Of a DNA stretch of 57,760 bases, positions 50,263 through 57,760 are shown one piece after another (position 1 is the stretch's first letter; every line of letters starts with the position of its first letter). The stretch covers positions 90,802 through 148,561 of the forward strand of contig JBAQFA010000009.1 of NCBI GenBank assembly GCA_049287025.1. Reading direction: 5' to 3'. The notes beneath the pieces were generated by a model. The model saw only the letters and a list, made by a program, of their open reading frames with translations. It was not told the DNA's origin and searched no databases. Position numbers and translations under genes: made by a program. This DNA is from Candidatus Magasanikiibacteriota bacterium. GTDB taxonomy: Bacteria; Patescibacteriota; Patescibacteriia; Magasanikbacterales; UBA922.

Positions 50263-51342
50263 AAATCTATAAATTGTCCGGCCAACATGTTGTTTGGGTC
50301 TGTGGTACAAAAGTGATTCTTCTTTGTCAAATGGCATAATGGCAAAACCCGATTTTAAAATAGTTTTTATACAATCTATTTTTATCCATTCGTCTTGGTG
50401 TCTAAATTGAGGAATTACAATCACAACTGTGCCATTGTCTTTGAGAATTTTGTAAAAAGATTTGAAACTTTCTATATATAATTTTGCTAGTTCATTGGCT
50501 TGTTTTTGTAAAGTGATTTTATTTTCATTCCCGCGCAATGGTTTACCCAAATATGGCTCGGTTACGATAGTACTGATAGAATTGGGAATTATAATCTGAT
50601 GAAGTTGTGTTGCGTCGCATTCATGAAGTTTGTATTTTAAATCTATTACTTGATAAGTATCTTTTATCCAAAGTATATTTTTTTCTGTATCATCAACAGC
50701 TTTGGGAGAGATATCAGAACCAAGCAGATATTTATAACCCATGACCATGGCTTCGGTCAAAACAGTTCCAGAACCGCAAAAGGGATCTAGAATGGTTTTT
50801 GTTTTATCTACCAAAGACAAGTTTATCATTATTTTGGCTAATTTTGGTGGCAACATCCCAGACTTATCATCACTACCAGGGCGATCAAAATCGCGTTCAC
50901 CCATTGCTTCAAAAGGCTGAATTGCTGAAGTATAAAAAAGTTTTTTGTCTACTACTGTTAAATCAGTTTGTCTTTTTACTAGATTGTTGTGGAGAATTGT
51001 GGCCGTGTTTTTGGGTTCTACATAGCGAGCCGATAGACCAGCTGATTTCAATTCTTTTTTAGTGTTAATACCAAGGTTTTGATCATTAATAGAAAAAATA
51101 ATTTTTCCATATTTGGTTTTTAGATAATCAACCAAGCTTAATTCCACTTCTTCACCAATCTTTATAATACCACCCAATTGATTAATTAATTCATCAGTAT
51201 CCAGCTTTTTTTTAATTTCCAAAATTAAATATTCATTATTTTTAAATATTTCTTTATAAGAAATTTTTCTTTGCGAAAACACTGCCTCAAGTTCGGCAGT
51301 GGAGATGTGAGGTTGGTGTCCAAGTTGAAAAAGATATAGCAT
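50251..51342 (-). CDS. Class I SAM-dependent methyltransferase (Trm11/UPF0020-like)
   Basis: SAM motif I ILDPFCGSGTVLTEA. Motif IV-like TEPYLGKP. The substrate is not inferable. Confidence 0.6.
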   Translation of the reverse strand: MLYLFQLGHQPHISTAELEAVFSQRKISYKEIFKNNEYLILEIKKKLDTDELINQLGGIIKIGEEVELSLVDYLKTKYGKIIFSINDQNLGINTKKELKSAGLSARYVEPKNTATILHNNLVKRQTDLTVVDKKLFYTSAIQPFEAMGERDFDRPGSDDKSGMLPPKLAKIMINLSLVDKTKTILDPFCGSGTVLTEAMVMGYKYLLGSDISPKAVDDTEKNILWIKDTYQVIDLKYKLHECDATQLHQIIIPNSISTIVTEPYLGKPLRGNENKITLQKQANELAKLYIESFKSFYKILKDNGTVVIVIPQFRHQDEWIKIDCIKTILKSGFAIMPFDKEESLLYHRPKQHVGRTIYRFKKT

Positions 51343-51346
51343 AAAA

Positions 51347-51703
51347 TTATTCTGGTTTTTTTTCTTCTACTATCACCTGGGGAACATTAAAAGGATCTTT
51401 GGTAAGATTTATTGGTGTACTATCATTTTTTTCTTCCCAAGCTTTTTTGGTGGTTTCATATTTATTAAAATCAATTATTTCTACCATGGGGCTATTTTTG
51501 GCCATAATAATCATCTCAGCTTGGGTAATGGTATCAAAAATATTTTTATAAATAAAAATAATACTAACAGTGGAGCCAATTAATAACAAACCAATAAAAA
51601 TTAAGCTAACAATACGTAATTGTATGAATTGGCCGTATTCTTTGGATTGGTAAGCATCTTTTTTTTGAGTTTTATTTATTGTCCACATAGATAATGGCGT
51701 CAA
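51347..51703 (-). CDS. Small single-TM protein at the end of the pilMNO block (possible PilP-like accessory)
   Basis: 118 aa with one TM. Overlaps pilO by about 30 nt. The functional guess rests on position only. Confidence 0.35.
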   Translation of the reverse strand: MTPLSMWTINKTQKKDAYQSKEYGQFIQLRIVSLIFIGLLLIGSTVSIIFIYKNIFDTITQAEMIIMAKNSPMVEIIDFNKYETTKKAWEEKNDSTPINLTKDPFNVPQVIVEEKKPE

Positions 51704-52262
51704 AACGAAGAGTAATTTTATTTAGTTGTTTTTCATCATTATTTCTTTTTTCAAAATTCAATTTGTCTATTATCATATAGTATGGTAGCTTCTCTAGAGT
51801 TTGCAAGTATTTTATGTGATCAGAAAAATAACCATTATTTAAAAAAGAAAATTTGTAATATTGAGGCAAGGATTTTTCTACACTGTCTTTTTTTGCGGTC
51901 GTATTTGTAGGTTTGTCTTTTTTAGTATCAACAAAAACCAAATCAGTATTTTGTTCAATATTATTTTCTAGAGCAATTTTTTCTAATTCAGTAATAACAT
52001 TTAATTCTTCGCCTGGTTTGATAGTAATGGCAGAAAATTTGTCTGTCTCTGATTTTATGTCTGGTAGTTCTTGAATAGATAGTTTTAATGATTGAATTTT
52101 TTCATAACGTGATTCCAATTCTCCCTCAATATTATTAATATCATTGCGCAAAGATAATATTTTGGCTACTGTAGGCGTGATAATAAAACCACCGACAATA
52201 ATTACCACTACAGAGATAGCGAGAATGTAAATTAAAAGTTTTTGTTTTAGAGACATGTTCAT
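51672..52262 (-). CDS. pilO: Type IV pilus assembly protein PilO-like
   Basis: N-terminal TM, then a coiled coil (LRNDINNIEGELESRYEKIQSLKLSIQEL). Positioned after pilN. Confidence 0.55.
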   Translation of the reverse strand: MNMSLKQKLLIYILAISVVVIIVGGFIITPTVAKILSLRNDINNIEGELESRYEKIQSLKLSIQELPDIKSETDKFSAITIKPGEELNVITELEKIALENNIEQNTDLVFVDTKKDKPTNTTAKKDSVEKSLPQYYKFSFLNNGYFSDHIKYLQTLEKLPYYMIIDKLNFEKRNNDEKQLNKITLRFDAIIYVDNK

Positions 52263-52263
52263 A

Positions 52264-52791
52264 CTATTTCATGAGTGGGGTAATAGAAAATTGAATTTTA
52301 TTTTTTTGGATTAGTTGATCAGGAGGGACTTCGACTGAATTTATCCATTGTATACTTTCTAAATTTTGTTTAAACAAAAGCAAATCATTGCGACTGACGG
52401 CTTCACCAGTGATATTTATTTTTTTATTATTTTTGTCAAATGACAACCCCGTTAGAGTAATTCCGTCAGGGATAATATTGGTCAGCTCGGCAATTTTTGT
52501 GGTCCAGACCGTGTATTCATTTTGAATTTTTTCGGTTTGAATTAAAGTTCTGTTTATATTTTTTATTTCTTGATTTTTGTCAGCGTATTTATTATTGACC
52601 GAGTTAATTTGGCCGGTAATAGCATAAAAATGATCTTGCAATACCCATTGTCCGCCGAGGAGGGCAATCCCAAATATGCTCAAGAAAAATAAAATCATTT
52701 CTAATAAACTTTTTAAAAATTGGAAATTAACCATTCTTTTTAGTAGGTTTCTTTTGTCTGGTGATAATAAATTTAAGCGGTGGGGGATCAT
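52264..52791 (-). CDS. pilN: Type IV pilus assembly protein PilN
   Basis: LNLLSPDKR...single TM...coiled coil. A 4-nt overlap with pilM. Confidence 0.6.
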   Translation of the reverse strand: MIPHRLNLLSPDKRNLLKRMVNFQFLKSLLEMILFFLSIFGIALLGGQWVLQDHFYAITGQINSVNNKYADKNQEIKNINRTLIQTEKIQNEYTVWTTKIAELTNIIPDGITLTGLSFDKNNKKINITGEAVSRNDLLLFKQNLESIQWINSVEVPPDQLIQKNKIQFSITPLMK

Positions 52792-53882
52792 AAAGCGTCG
52801 TAAGTAAAAAATGGATTATCCGCCGCCCTTAGGGCTAGGCCGATAGCAGTAGAATAGCCAATTGATTCTTCTTCGGACATGGGGATGGACTTATTTGAGG
52901 AAAGATTTTTCCAAGGGTGTCCCGGTCGAGTCGTGATTTTTAATTTGGTAGATAATATTTTATCTAATTTTTTTATATTAGCGGTACCGCCACACATAGT
53001 AATTCTCGTTATTCTATTTGGATTAGAAAAATGAGAATAATAAAATTCAATGGCTTCTTGTATATTTTTGACTAAGTCATCAATTATTTTGTTGTTTACT
53101 CGCCACACTTTATTACCTTTATTATATTCCAAACCTTGCTTTATTTTTATAGATTCGGCTTCCTCATGGCTAATGTGCAGTTGTTGGGATAGAGCCGTGG
53201 TAATAATTTCTCCAGAAAAAGGAATACTGGTGCTAAATTGAACAATGTCATGATCATAGACAATAAAGCTTGATCGCGCTGCCCCAAGGTCTAATAGCGC
53301 CCTGGCTTCGTTTTCATATTCTTTGCTCGCTGTGATCATAGACCGAGCAATCGGCAGGGCTTCAATTTCTAGAGCCACTACACCTAAGCCCAGGCTTTCT
53401 AATAAATAAGTATAACTATCGGCAATAGTTTTTGGTACAGCCCCAATTAGGATTCTATTTTTATCACCAACTTTTGGCATAATTTGCCACTCAATATAAT
53501 AACTGCCATCATCATCATAAGGTATGTGTTTTTTGGCCAATTCTTTTATATCTTCATCTAGTAGATCTTCAATATTTTGTTCAGTGTCAATTAATTTTAT
53601 AAAACTTTGCATTTCTGGTAAGACTGATACAACCCAGGGGTCAGTAATTGGTTTTTGATTTTTATTGCCTTTTAGTAAACGTTGAATCCGTAGTCTGACC
53701 TCTTCTGGTTTTTGCAATTCACCATTAACAATTAAACCGGGTGGTAAATTGATAGAACGAAAATTAACTAGTTGATAAGTTGGCTTCCTACGAATTAAGG
53801 AAACATTTCTAAGTTGAACAAGTTTTATGGATAGATCACCCAAGTCTAAACCAAAGGCGTTGGGGAAAGGGTTGTTGAACAT
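52788..53882 (-). CDS. pilM: Type IV pilus assembly ATPase-fold protein PilM
   Basis: Actin/FtsA-like fold: GLDLGDLSIKLVQL..., LLDLGAARSSFIV, MCGGTANI. The start was taken at MFNNPF (53882); the upstream 22 codons read through a repeat array. Confidence 0.75.
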   Translation of the reverse strand: MFNNPFPNAFGLDLGDLSIKLVQLRNVSLIRRKPTYQLVNFRSINLPPGLIVNGELQKPEEVRLRIQRLLKGNKNQKPITDPWVVSVLPEMQSFIKLIDTEQNIEDLLDEDIKELAKKHIPYDDDGSYYIEWQIMPKVGDKNRILIGAVPKTIADSYTYLLESLGLGVVALEIEALPIARSMITASKEYENEARALLDLGAARSSFIVYDHDIVQFSTSIPFSGEIITTALSQQLHISHEEAESIKIKQGLEYNKGNKVWRVNNKIIDDLVKNIQEAIEFYYSHFSNPNRITRITMCGGTANIKKLDKILSTKLKITTRPGHPWKNLSSNKSIPMSEEESIGYSTAIGLALRAADNPFFTYDAL

Positions 53883-54109
53883 AACACAAGGCTTACAAGG
53901 CCCACAAGGCAGTAAAGGCTCACAAAGCATTGTAAGCCTTGTTAGCATTTATAGCTTTGTAAGCTTTGTTTATAATTATATCACAAAAACTCCTTTGTGG
54001 GGAGTTGTTTAACAAAAAAACATTTAAACATGGAAACATACAAACATCTAAATGAACTGTTGTTTAAATGTTTAGGCCATAAGGCCGTGTGTTGTGGTGT
54101 TTAATTGTA

Positions 54110-55222
54110 TTAAAAATTCTGCACCAATGTGTACATCGGTGTGATCACAGCGACTGCCATAATTGCAACCGCTATACCCAAGACAAGAATGATAATCGGT
54201 TCTATTACCTGAGTAAAATTTTTCATGGTTTTGTCTACCTCACTACTATAAAATTTTGCCAGTTCCTCTAACAAATGATCAATTTCACCTGAGCGTTCGC
54301 CGACCATAATCATTTCTGTCACCATGGGAGGAAAAAGTTTAGGATAATCAGCCAAGATTTCTGATAATGGTGTACCAGTCTTTATCCTTTCGGCGGCTTC
54401 GTGCAAAGCATTTTTATATAATACATTGCCACAAGTCTCGGCCGTAATATCAGTGGCGTCCACAATTGGAATGGTACTTTTCAAAAGTGAAGAGAGAGTA
54501 AGAGAAAAACGGGCTAGGTTTATTTTTTTTACTACCATGCCAACGATAGGCAGGTGGAGATTTAATTTATGAATAAATTTTTTGAATTCAGGGATTCTTT
54601 TTAAAGACATAACAAAAGCCGTGATTAAGGCCGTAATAACCAAAACCATTATTATCATATTTAGGGGTTTGCTCATAAAGCCAGTGACCGCCATCAACAT
54701 TCTAGTGGCCAGAGGTAATTCAGTATCAAATTCTTCAAACAAAGTCATTAATTTTGGCAAGACTACGGTCACCATCATAATTCCAATTCCACCCATAGCG
54801 ACCAGGATAACGGCTGGATAAATCATGGCACCGCGGATACTAGAGTTTAGTTCTTGAGTTTTTTGCATTTGTTCTACGATTTGAGTCAGAGATTCTTCTA
54901 ATTTGCCAGACACTTCGCCCGATTCAACCATTTTTACATAAATTGGTGGAAAAGCTTGGGGATATTTTGCTAATACTTCACTTAGCTGATTACCTTTTTC
55001 TATACCAATTTTTATTTCGGCAATAATGCCTTTTAATTTTTTGTTTTCAATTTCTTTGCTCAGAGTATCTAGTGATTCAGTAATAGACAGTCCCGCATGA
55101 ATCATGGTTTTTAAGTGGTCAATAAAAAACATTTTTTGGATAAAAGGAATTCTGGTTAGATATTTGGTCACCCAGGCGTTTAGTTTTATTTCTAGGGAGG
55201 ATAATTCGCGTGGTTTTTTCAT
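54110..55222 (-). CDS. pilC: Type IV pilus platform protein PilC (GspF family)
   Basis: Two GspF repeats (…LSEVLAKYPQAFPPIYVKMVESGEVSG… / …LSEILADYPKLFPPMVTEMIMVGERSG…). Confidence 0.9.
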   Translation of the reverse strand: MKKPRELSSLEIKLNAWVTKYLTRIPFIQKMFFIDHLKTMIHAGLSITESLDTLSKEIENKKLKGIIAEIKIGIEKGNQLSEVLAKYPQAFPPIYVKMVESGEVSGKLEESLTQIVEQMQKTQELNSSIRGAMIYPAVILVAMGGIGIMMVTVVLPKLMTLFEEFDTELPLATRMLMAVTGFMSKPLNMIIMVLVITALITAFVMSLKRIPEFKKFIHKLNLHLPIVGMVVKKINLARFSLTLSSLLKSTIPIVDATDITAETCGNVLYKNALHEAAERIKTGTPLSEILADYPKLFPPMVTEMIMVGERSGEIDHLLEELAKFYSSEVDKTMKNFTQVIEPIIILVLGIAVAIMAVAVITPMYTLVQNF

Positions 55223-55270
55223 AGTGATTTTTGTGATGTGAGATTTTTGTTTTTAGTTAATATTATGAAA

Positions 55271-55398
55271 TGTAATTAGTAATTGGTAAAATAGTAATTT
55301 TGCTACAAGCTTAGTAAGAATATACTTAAAATAGAAATTTACTACTCGTGTATCATAATTACTAATTACTATTTACTAATTACTATTTACTAATTACT
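55271..55398. repeat. Inverted pair of heptamer arrays in the pilB-pilC spacer
   Basis: The left array at 55271-55299 is TGTAATT AGTAATT GGTAAAAT AGTAATT. The right array at 55357-55398 is six units of A(A/T)TTACT. AGTAATT and AATTACT are reverse complements. Confidence 0.85.
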
Positions 55399-55438
55399 TT
55401 TATTAGCAATTAAATATTTAGGTGAATTTGGTCTTTTG

Positions 55439-57166
55439 TTAATCTTTGCTAACGCGCAATATTTCTTCAATCGTCGTAATTCCTTGCTTAGCTTTTACAA
55501 TTCCGTCTTCCATAATTGTGGTCATACCTTTTTCTCTGGCAAATTCTTTTATTACATCAGCGGTAGCGCGTTCATTAATTTTTTTGGCCATATCTTTATC
55601 AATATCCAAAACTTCATAAATACCAACTCTACCTTTATAGCCCGTGTTATTGCAACGACGACAACCTTCACCGCGATAAAATAACAAAGTACCAACATCT
55701 TTTTCTTTTTCGGCTAATTTTATTTTTTGTTTATTAAATAGTCCTTTTATTTTTTTGATATCAGTAGATTTTTCCAATTCAGAAATTTCGGTTTTGTCTA
55801 GATAATATTCTTTTTTACAATGTTCACAAATTTTTCTCACCAATCTTTGCGCCACAATAATATTGGCAGTAAAAGCCACTAGAAAAGGCGGAATATCCAT
55901 ATCTAATAGACGAGGCAGAGTAGTCGGAGCATCATTGGTGTGGAGAGTGGATAGTACCAAGTGTCCAGTCATAGCCGCATGAACAGCAATTTGGGCAGTT
56001 TCATTGTCACGAATTTCTCCGACCATAATAATGTCTGGATCTTGCCGTAAGAAAGCTCGGAGACCAATAGCAAAAGTAAAACCAACTTGCGCATTTGTTT
56101 GGCTTTGATTGATGCCTTTGACATGATATTCAATTGGATCTTCAATCGTAGAAATATTTACATCAGGCTGATTCAAAATTCCGAGTAAAGAATAGAGCGT
56201 GGTAGTTTTTCCAGAACCAGTTGGTCCAGTCACTAGGATCATACCATGAGGTTTTTTGATGGCTTCTTCCACTAATTTTCTGGCTTCGGGCAAAAATCCA
56301 AGCTGATCTAAGTTTAGTGGTTTTTGACCTTCGTGTAAAAGACGCATCACGATTTTTTCTCCGTCATAGACCGGCATAATAGAAACACGGAAAGATAATT
56401 TTTCATCTTGAATTTGAATTTTGAACCGACCGTCTTGAGGCTTCATATGTTCATCAATTTTTAAATTTGATAGCACCTTGATACGAGCCACAATTCCACT
56501 CCGCACAGTTTTTGGTAGGTTCATCACATTTTTCAAAATGCCATCCACCCGATAGCGCACGACAATTTCTTTTTCAGTTGGTTCGATGTGAATATCAGAG
56601 GCGCCTTCATAAACTGCGTGTTCCAAAATACTATTTACAATGTTTATAATCGGTAATTCTTCAGCGGCTTTTTTCAAATCTTTTTCACTCGCGACTTCGC
56701 CATCAGACAATTGTTTGATAGAAACATCGCTTTCTAGATCAGCATGATAACGGTGGAGAGCTTCTTTGATATCACTCGGGGTAGTAAAATATACTTTAGG
56801 AATGAGACCAATTTTTCTATGCAAAAATTCAATGGTTTGGATATCCATTGGGTCAAGCATGGCCAATTTTACTTCTTGTTTATCTTTATCAAAAGCGACT
56901 ACATTGTGAGTTTGGGCCAATGGTGGTGGAACTAAATTCAAAATCTCTTTTTTAATTTCTGTACCTTTGAGAGTGATAAAGGGGGCTTCATAACGATGGG
57001 AAGCTTTGGTATAGAGTTCAACTTCATCAACAATATTTTCATCAAATAAGTATTGTTCCAAAGGTTTATTTAGTTTTTTGGCTTGAATTTCGTATTTTTT
57101 ATAATCTTCGGTTTTGATATTAAAATCATTCTTTAGAATTGTGTGCAGAGTTTCGTTTGGTAACAT
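55439..57166 (-). CDS. pilB: Type IV pilus assembly ATPase PilB (GspE family)
   Basis: N-terminal GspII_E domain, Walker A GPTGSGKTTT, Asp box, Walker B IIMVGEIRD, His box, and the tetracysteine CEHC...CRRC. Confidence 0.9.
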   Translation of the reverse strand: MLPNETLHTILKNDFNIKTEDYKKYEIQAKKLNKPLEQYLFDENIVDEVELYTKASHRYEAPFITLKGTEIKKEILNLVPPPLAQTHNVVAFDKDKQEVKLAMLDPMDIQTIEFLHRKIGLIPKVYFTTPSDIKEALHRYHADLESDVSIKQLSDGEVASEKDLKKAAEELPIINIVNSILEHAVYEGASDIHIEPTEKEIVVRYRVDGILKNVMNLPKTVRSGIVARIKVLSNLKIDEHMKPQDGRFKIQIQDEKLSFRVSIMPVYDGEKIVMRLLHEGQKPLNLDQLGFLPEARKLVEEAIKKPHGMILVTGPTGSGKTTTLYSLLGILNQPDVNISTIEDPIEYHVKGINQSQTNAQVGFTFAIGLRAFLRQDPDIIMVGEIRDNETAQIAVHAAMTGHLVLSTLHTNDAPTTLPRLLDMDIPPFLVAFTANIIVAQRLVRKICEHCKKEYYLDKTEISELEKSTDIKKIKGLFNKQKIKLAEKEKDVGTLLFYRGEGCRRCNNTGYKGRVGIYEVLDIDKDMAKKINERATADVIKEFAREKGMTTIMEDGIVKAKQGITTIEEILRVSKD

Positions 57167-57391
57167 AGAATTGAGTTGAAAGTTTGTAAAGTTTTAAAGT
57201 ATAAAGTATTTATATTATAGCACAGTTGGTTGTGATAAGGAATAATATATAAGGAGTAAGGAATAAGGATTAAGGAGTAAGAGGCGAGAATGTTTATTTA
57301 TTCTCGTCCCCTATCCAATCTTTTATTCCCTCCCTATGAATTTATTTAGATTTAGACAAAATATAAATTATTTTGTGTGTGGTGGTATAAT

Positions 57392-57420
57392 TTGACAATT
57401 TTCTTACATTCTGGTATATT
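57392..57420 (+). promoter_or_regulatory. Sigma70 promoter of rpsF
   Basis: TTGACA-17 nt-TATATT. Confidence 0.65.
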
Positions 57421-57427
57421 GTTTTCA

Positions 57428-57498
57428 TTATATCAGCGCTTACTTTGCATGCCCCGAGGTCGAAAGGGGTAGGAAGGATGCAGAGATTAATGATATAA
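57428..57498 (+). promoter_or_regulatory. Structured rpsF 5' leader (candidate S6:S18 autoregulatory element)
   Basis: Outer stem TTATATCA/TGATATAA with inner pairs TGCAT/ATGCA and CCCC/GGGG. It ends 4 nt before the ATG. Assignment to the known rpsF-leader class is not verified. Confidence 0.4.
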
Positions 57499-57502
57499 AA
57501 TT

Positions 57503-57760
57503 ATGCAAAATTACGAGTTAATGTTTATTTTGCCCGGTACTCTCTCAGAAGACGAAGTGCCTGCTTTGGTTTCCAAAGTAAAGACAATCGTTGAAGAGAA
57601 TGGTGGAGCAAAATTGACAATGAATGATATGGGCAAGAGCCGTTTGGCCTACCCAATCAAACATATCCGTTATGGCTATTTTCATCTTGCTCATTTTGAA
57701 GCAGAAAATAATGCAATTGCGGATATCAATGCTAAATTACGTTTGATGTCAGAGTTGTTG
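57503..57760 (+). CDS. rpsF: 30S ribosomal protein S6 (N-terminal 86 codons; runs off the right edge)
   Basis: MQNYELMFILPGTLSEDEV......MNDMGKSRLAYPIKHIRYGYFHL is a canonical S6 N-terminus. Confidence 0.9.
   Translation, partial: MQNYELMFILPGTLSEDEVPALVSKVKTIVEENGGAKLTMNDMGKSRLAYPIKHIRYGYFHLAHFEAENNAIADINAKLRLMSELL

Noticed and set aside
1-57760. Alternative genetic code (UGA recoding as in Gracilibacteria/SR1).
   Set aside because: Several well-supported genes (pilM, the ABC ATPase) end at TGA at the expected protein length, and conserved proteins contain no in-frame TGA. The standard code 11 fits.

Overview
This is an AT-rich bacterial chromosome segment using the standard genetic code (TGA is a stop). 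By eye G+C is roughly 20-47% depending on the block. The gene content and style look like a reduced Patescibacteria/CPR-type genome: DUF559 and four-helix-bundle genes, many small intergenic hairpin and heptamer repeats, a type IV pilus operon, a class II RNR, and almost no Shine-Dalgarno (SD) sequences on housekeeping genes. That taxonomic call is inference.

Core content:
- sppA, epmA-efp, ruvB, nrdJ (with NrdR boxes), a PduO-type adenosyltransferase, an ABC-2 exporter
- rpsB-tsf, a pseudouridine synthase, a DsbA-like protein, uvrA, a NUDIX hydrolase
- a compact hisG-D-C-B-H-(A/F fusion)-IE operon preceded by a TrpR/YerC-like gene
- a surface-polysaccharide block (O-antigen-ligase-like, EamA, Wzx-like), a SpoIID-domain protein, pilB-C-M-N-O, the start of rpsF
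- three tRNAs: Gly-GCC, initiator Met, Leu-UAA

No rRNA, CRISPR array, transposase, integrase or reverse transcriptase is visible.

The most unusual locus is 11.56-13.07 kb. One consensus promoter drives three unrelated small membrane-protein genes. Each gene sits between copies of a conserved, hairpin-rich 125-170 nt junction module that supplies a perfect GAGGAGG SD. Half-modules lie at both ends of the array, and a class II Fic gene directly abuts it. The layout is integron- or cassette-array-like, but there is no recombinase and no attC-type site.

Other recurring structure not explained by genes:
- a 4-copy REP/MITE-like element that supplies stop codons
- GC-rich hairpin elements filling 5' UTRs and operon-internal spacers
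- families of tandem heptanucleotide arrays, several of them embedded in frame in the O-antigen-ligase-like gene

All calls come from reading the sequence and the ORF track by hand. Hairpin, repeat and promoter coordinates may be off by 1-2 nt. No database search or computed statistic was possible.
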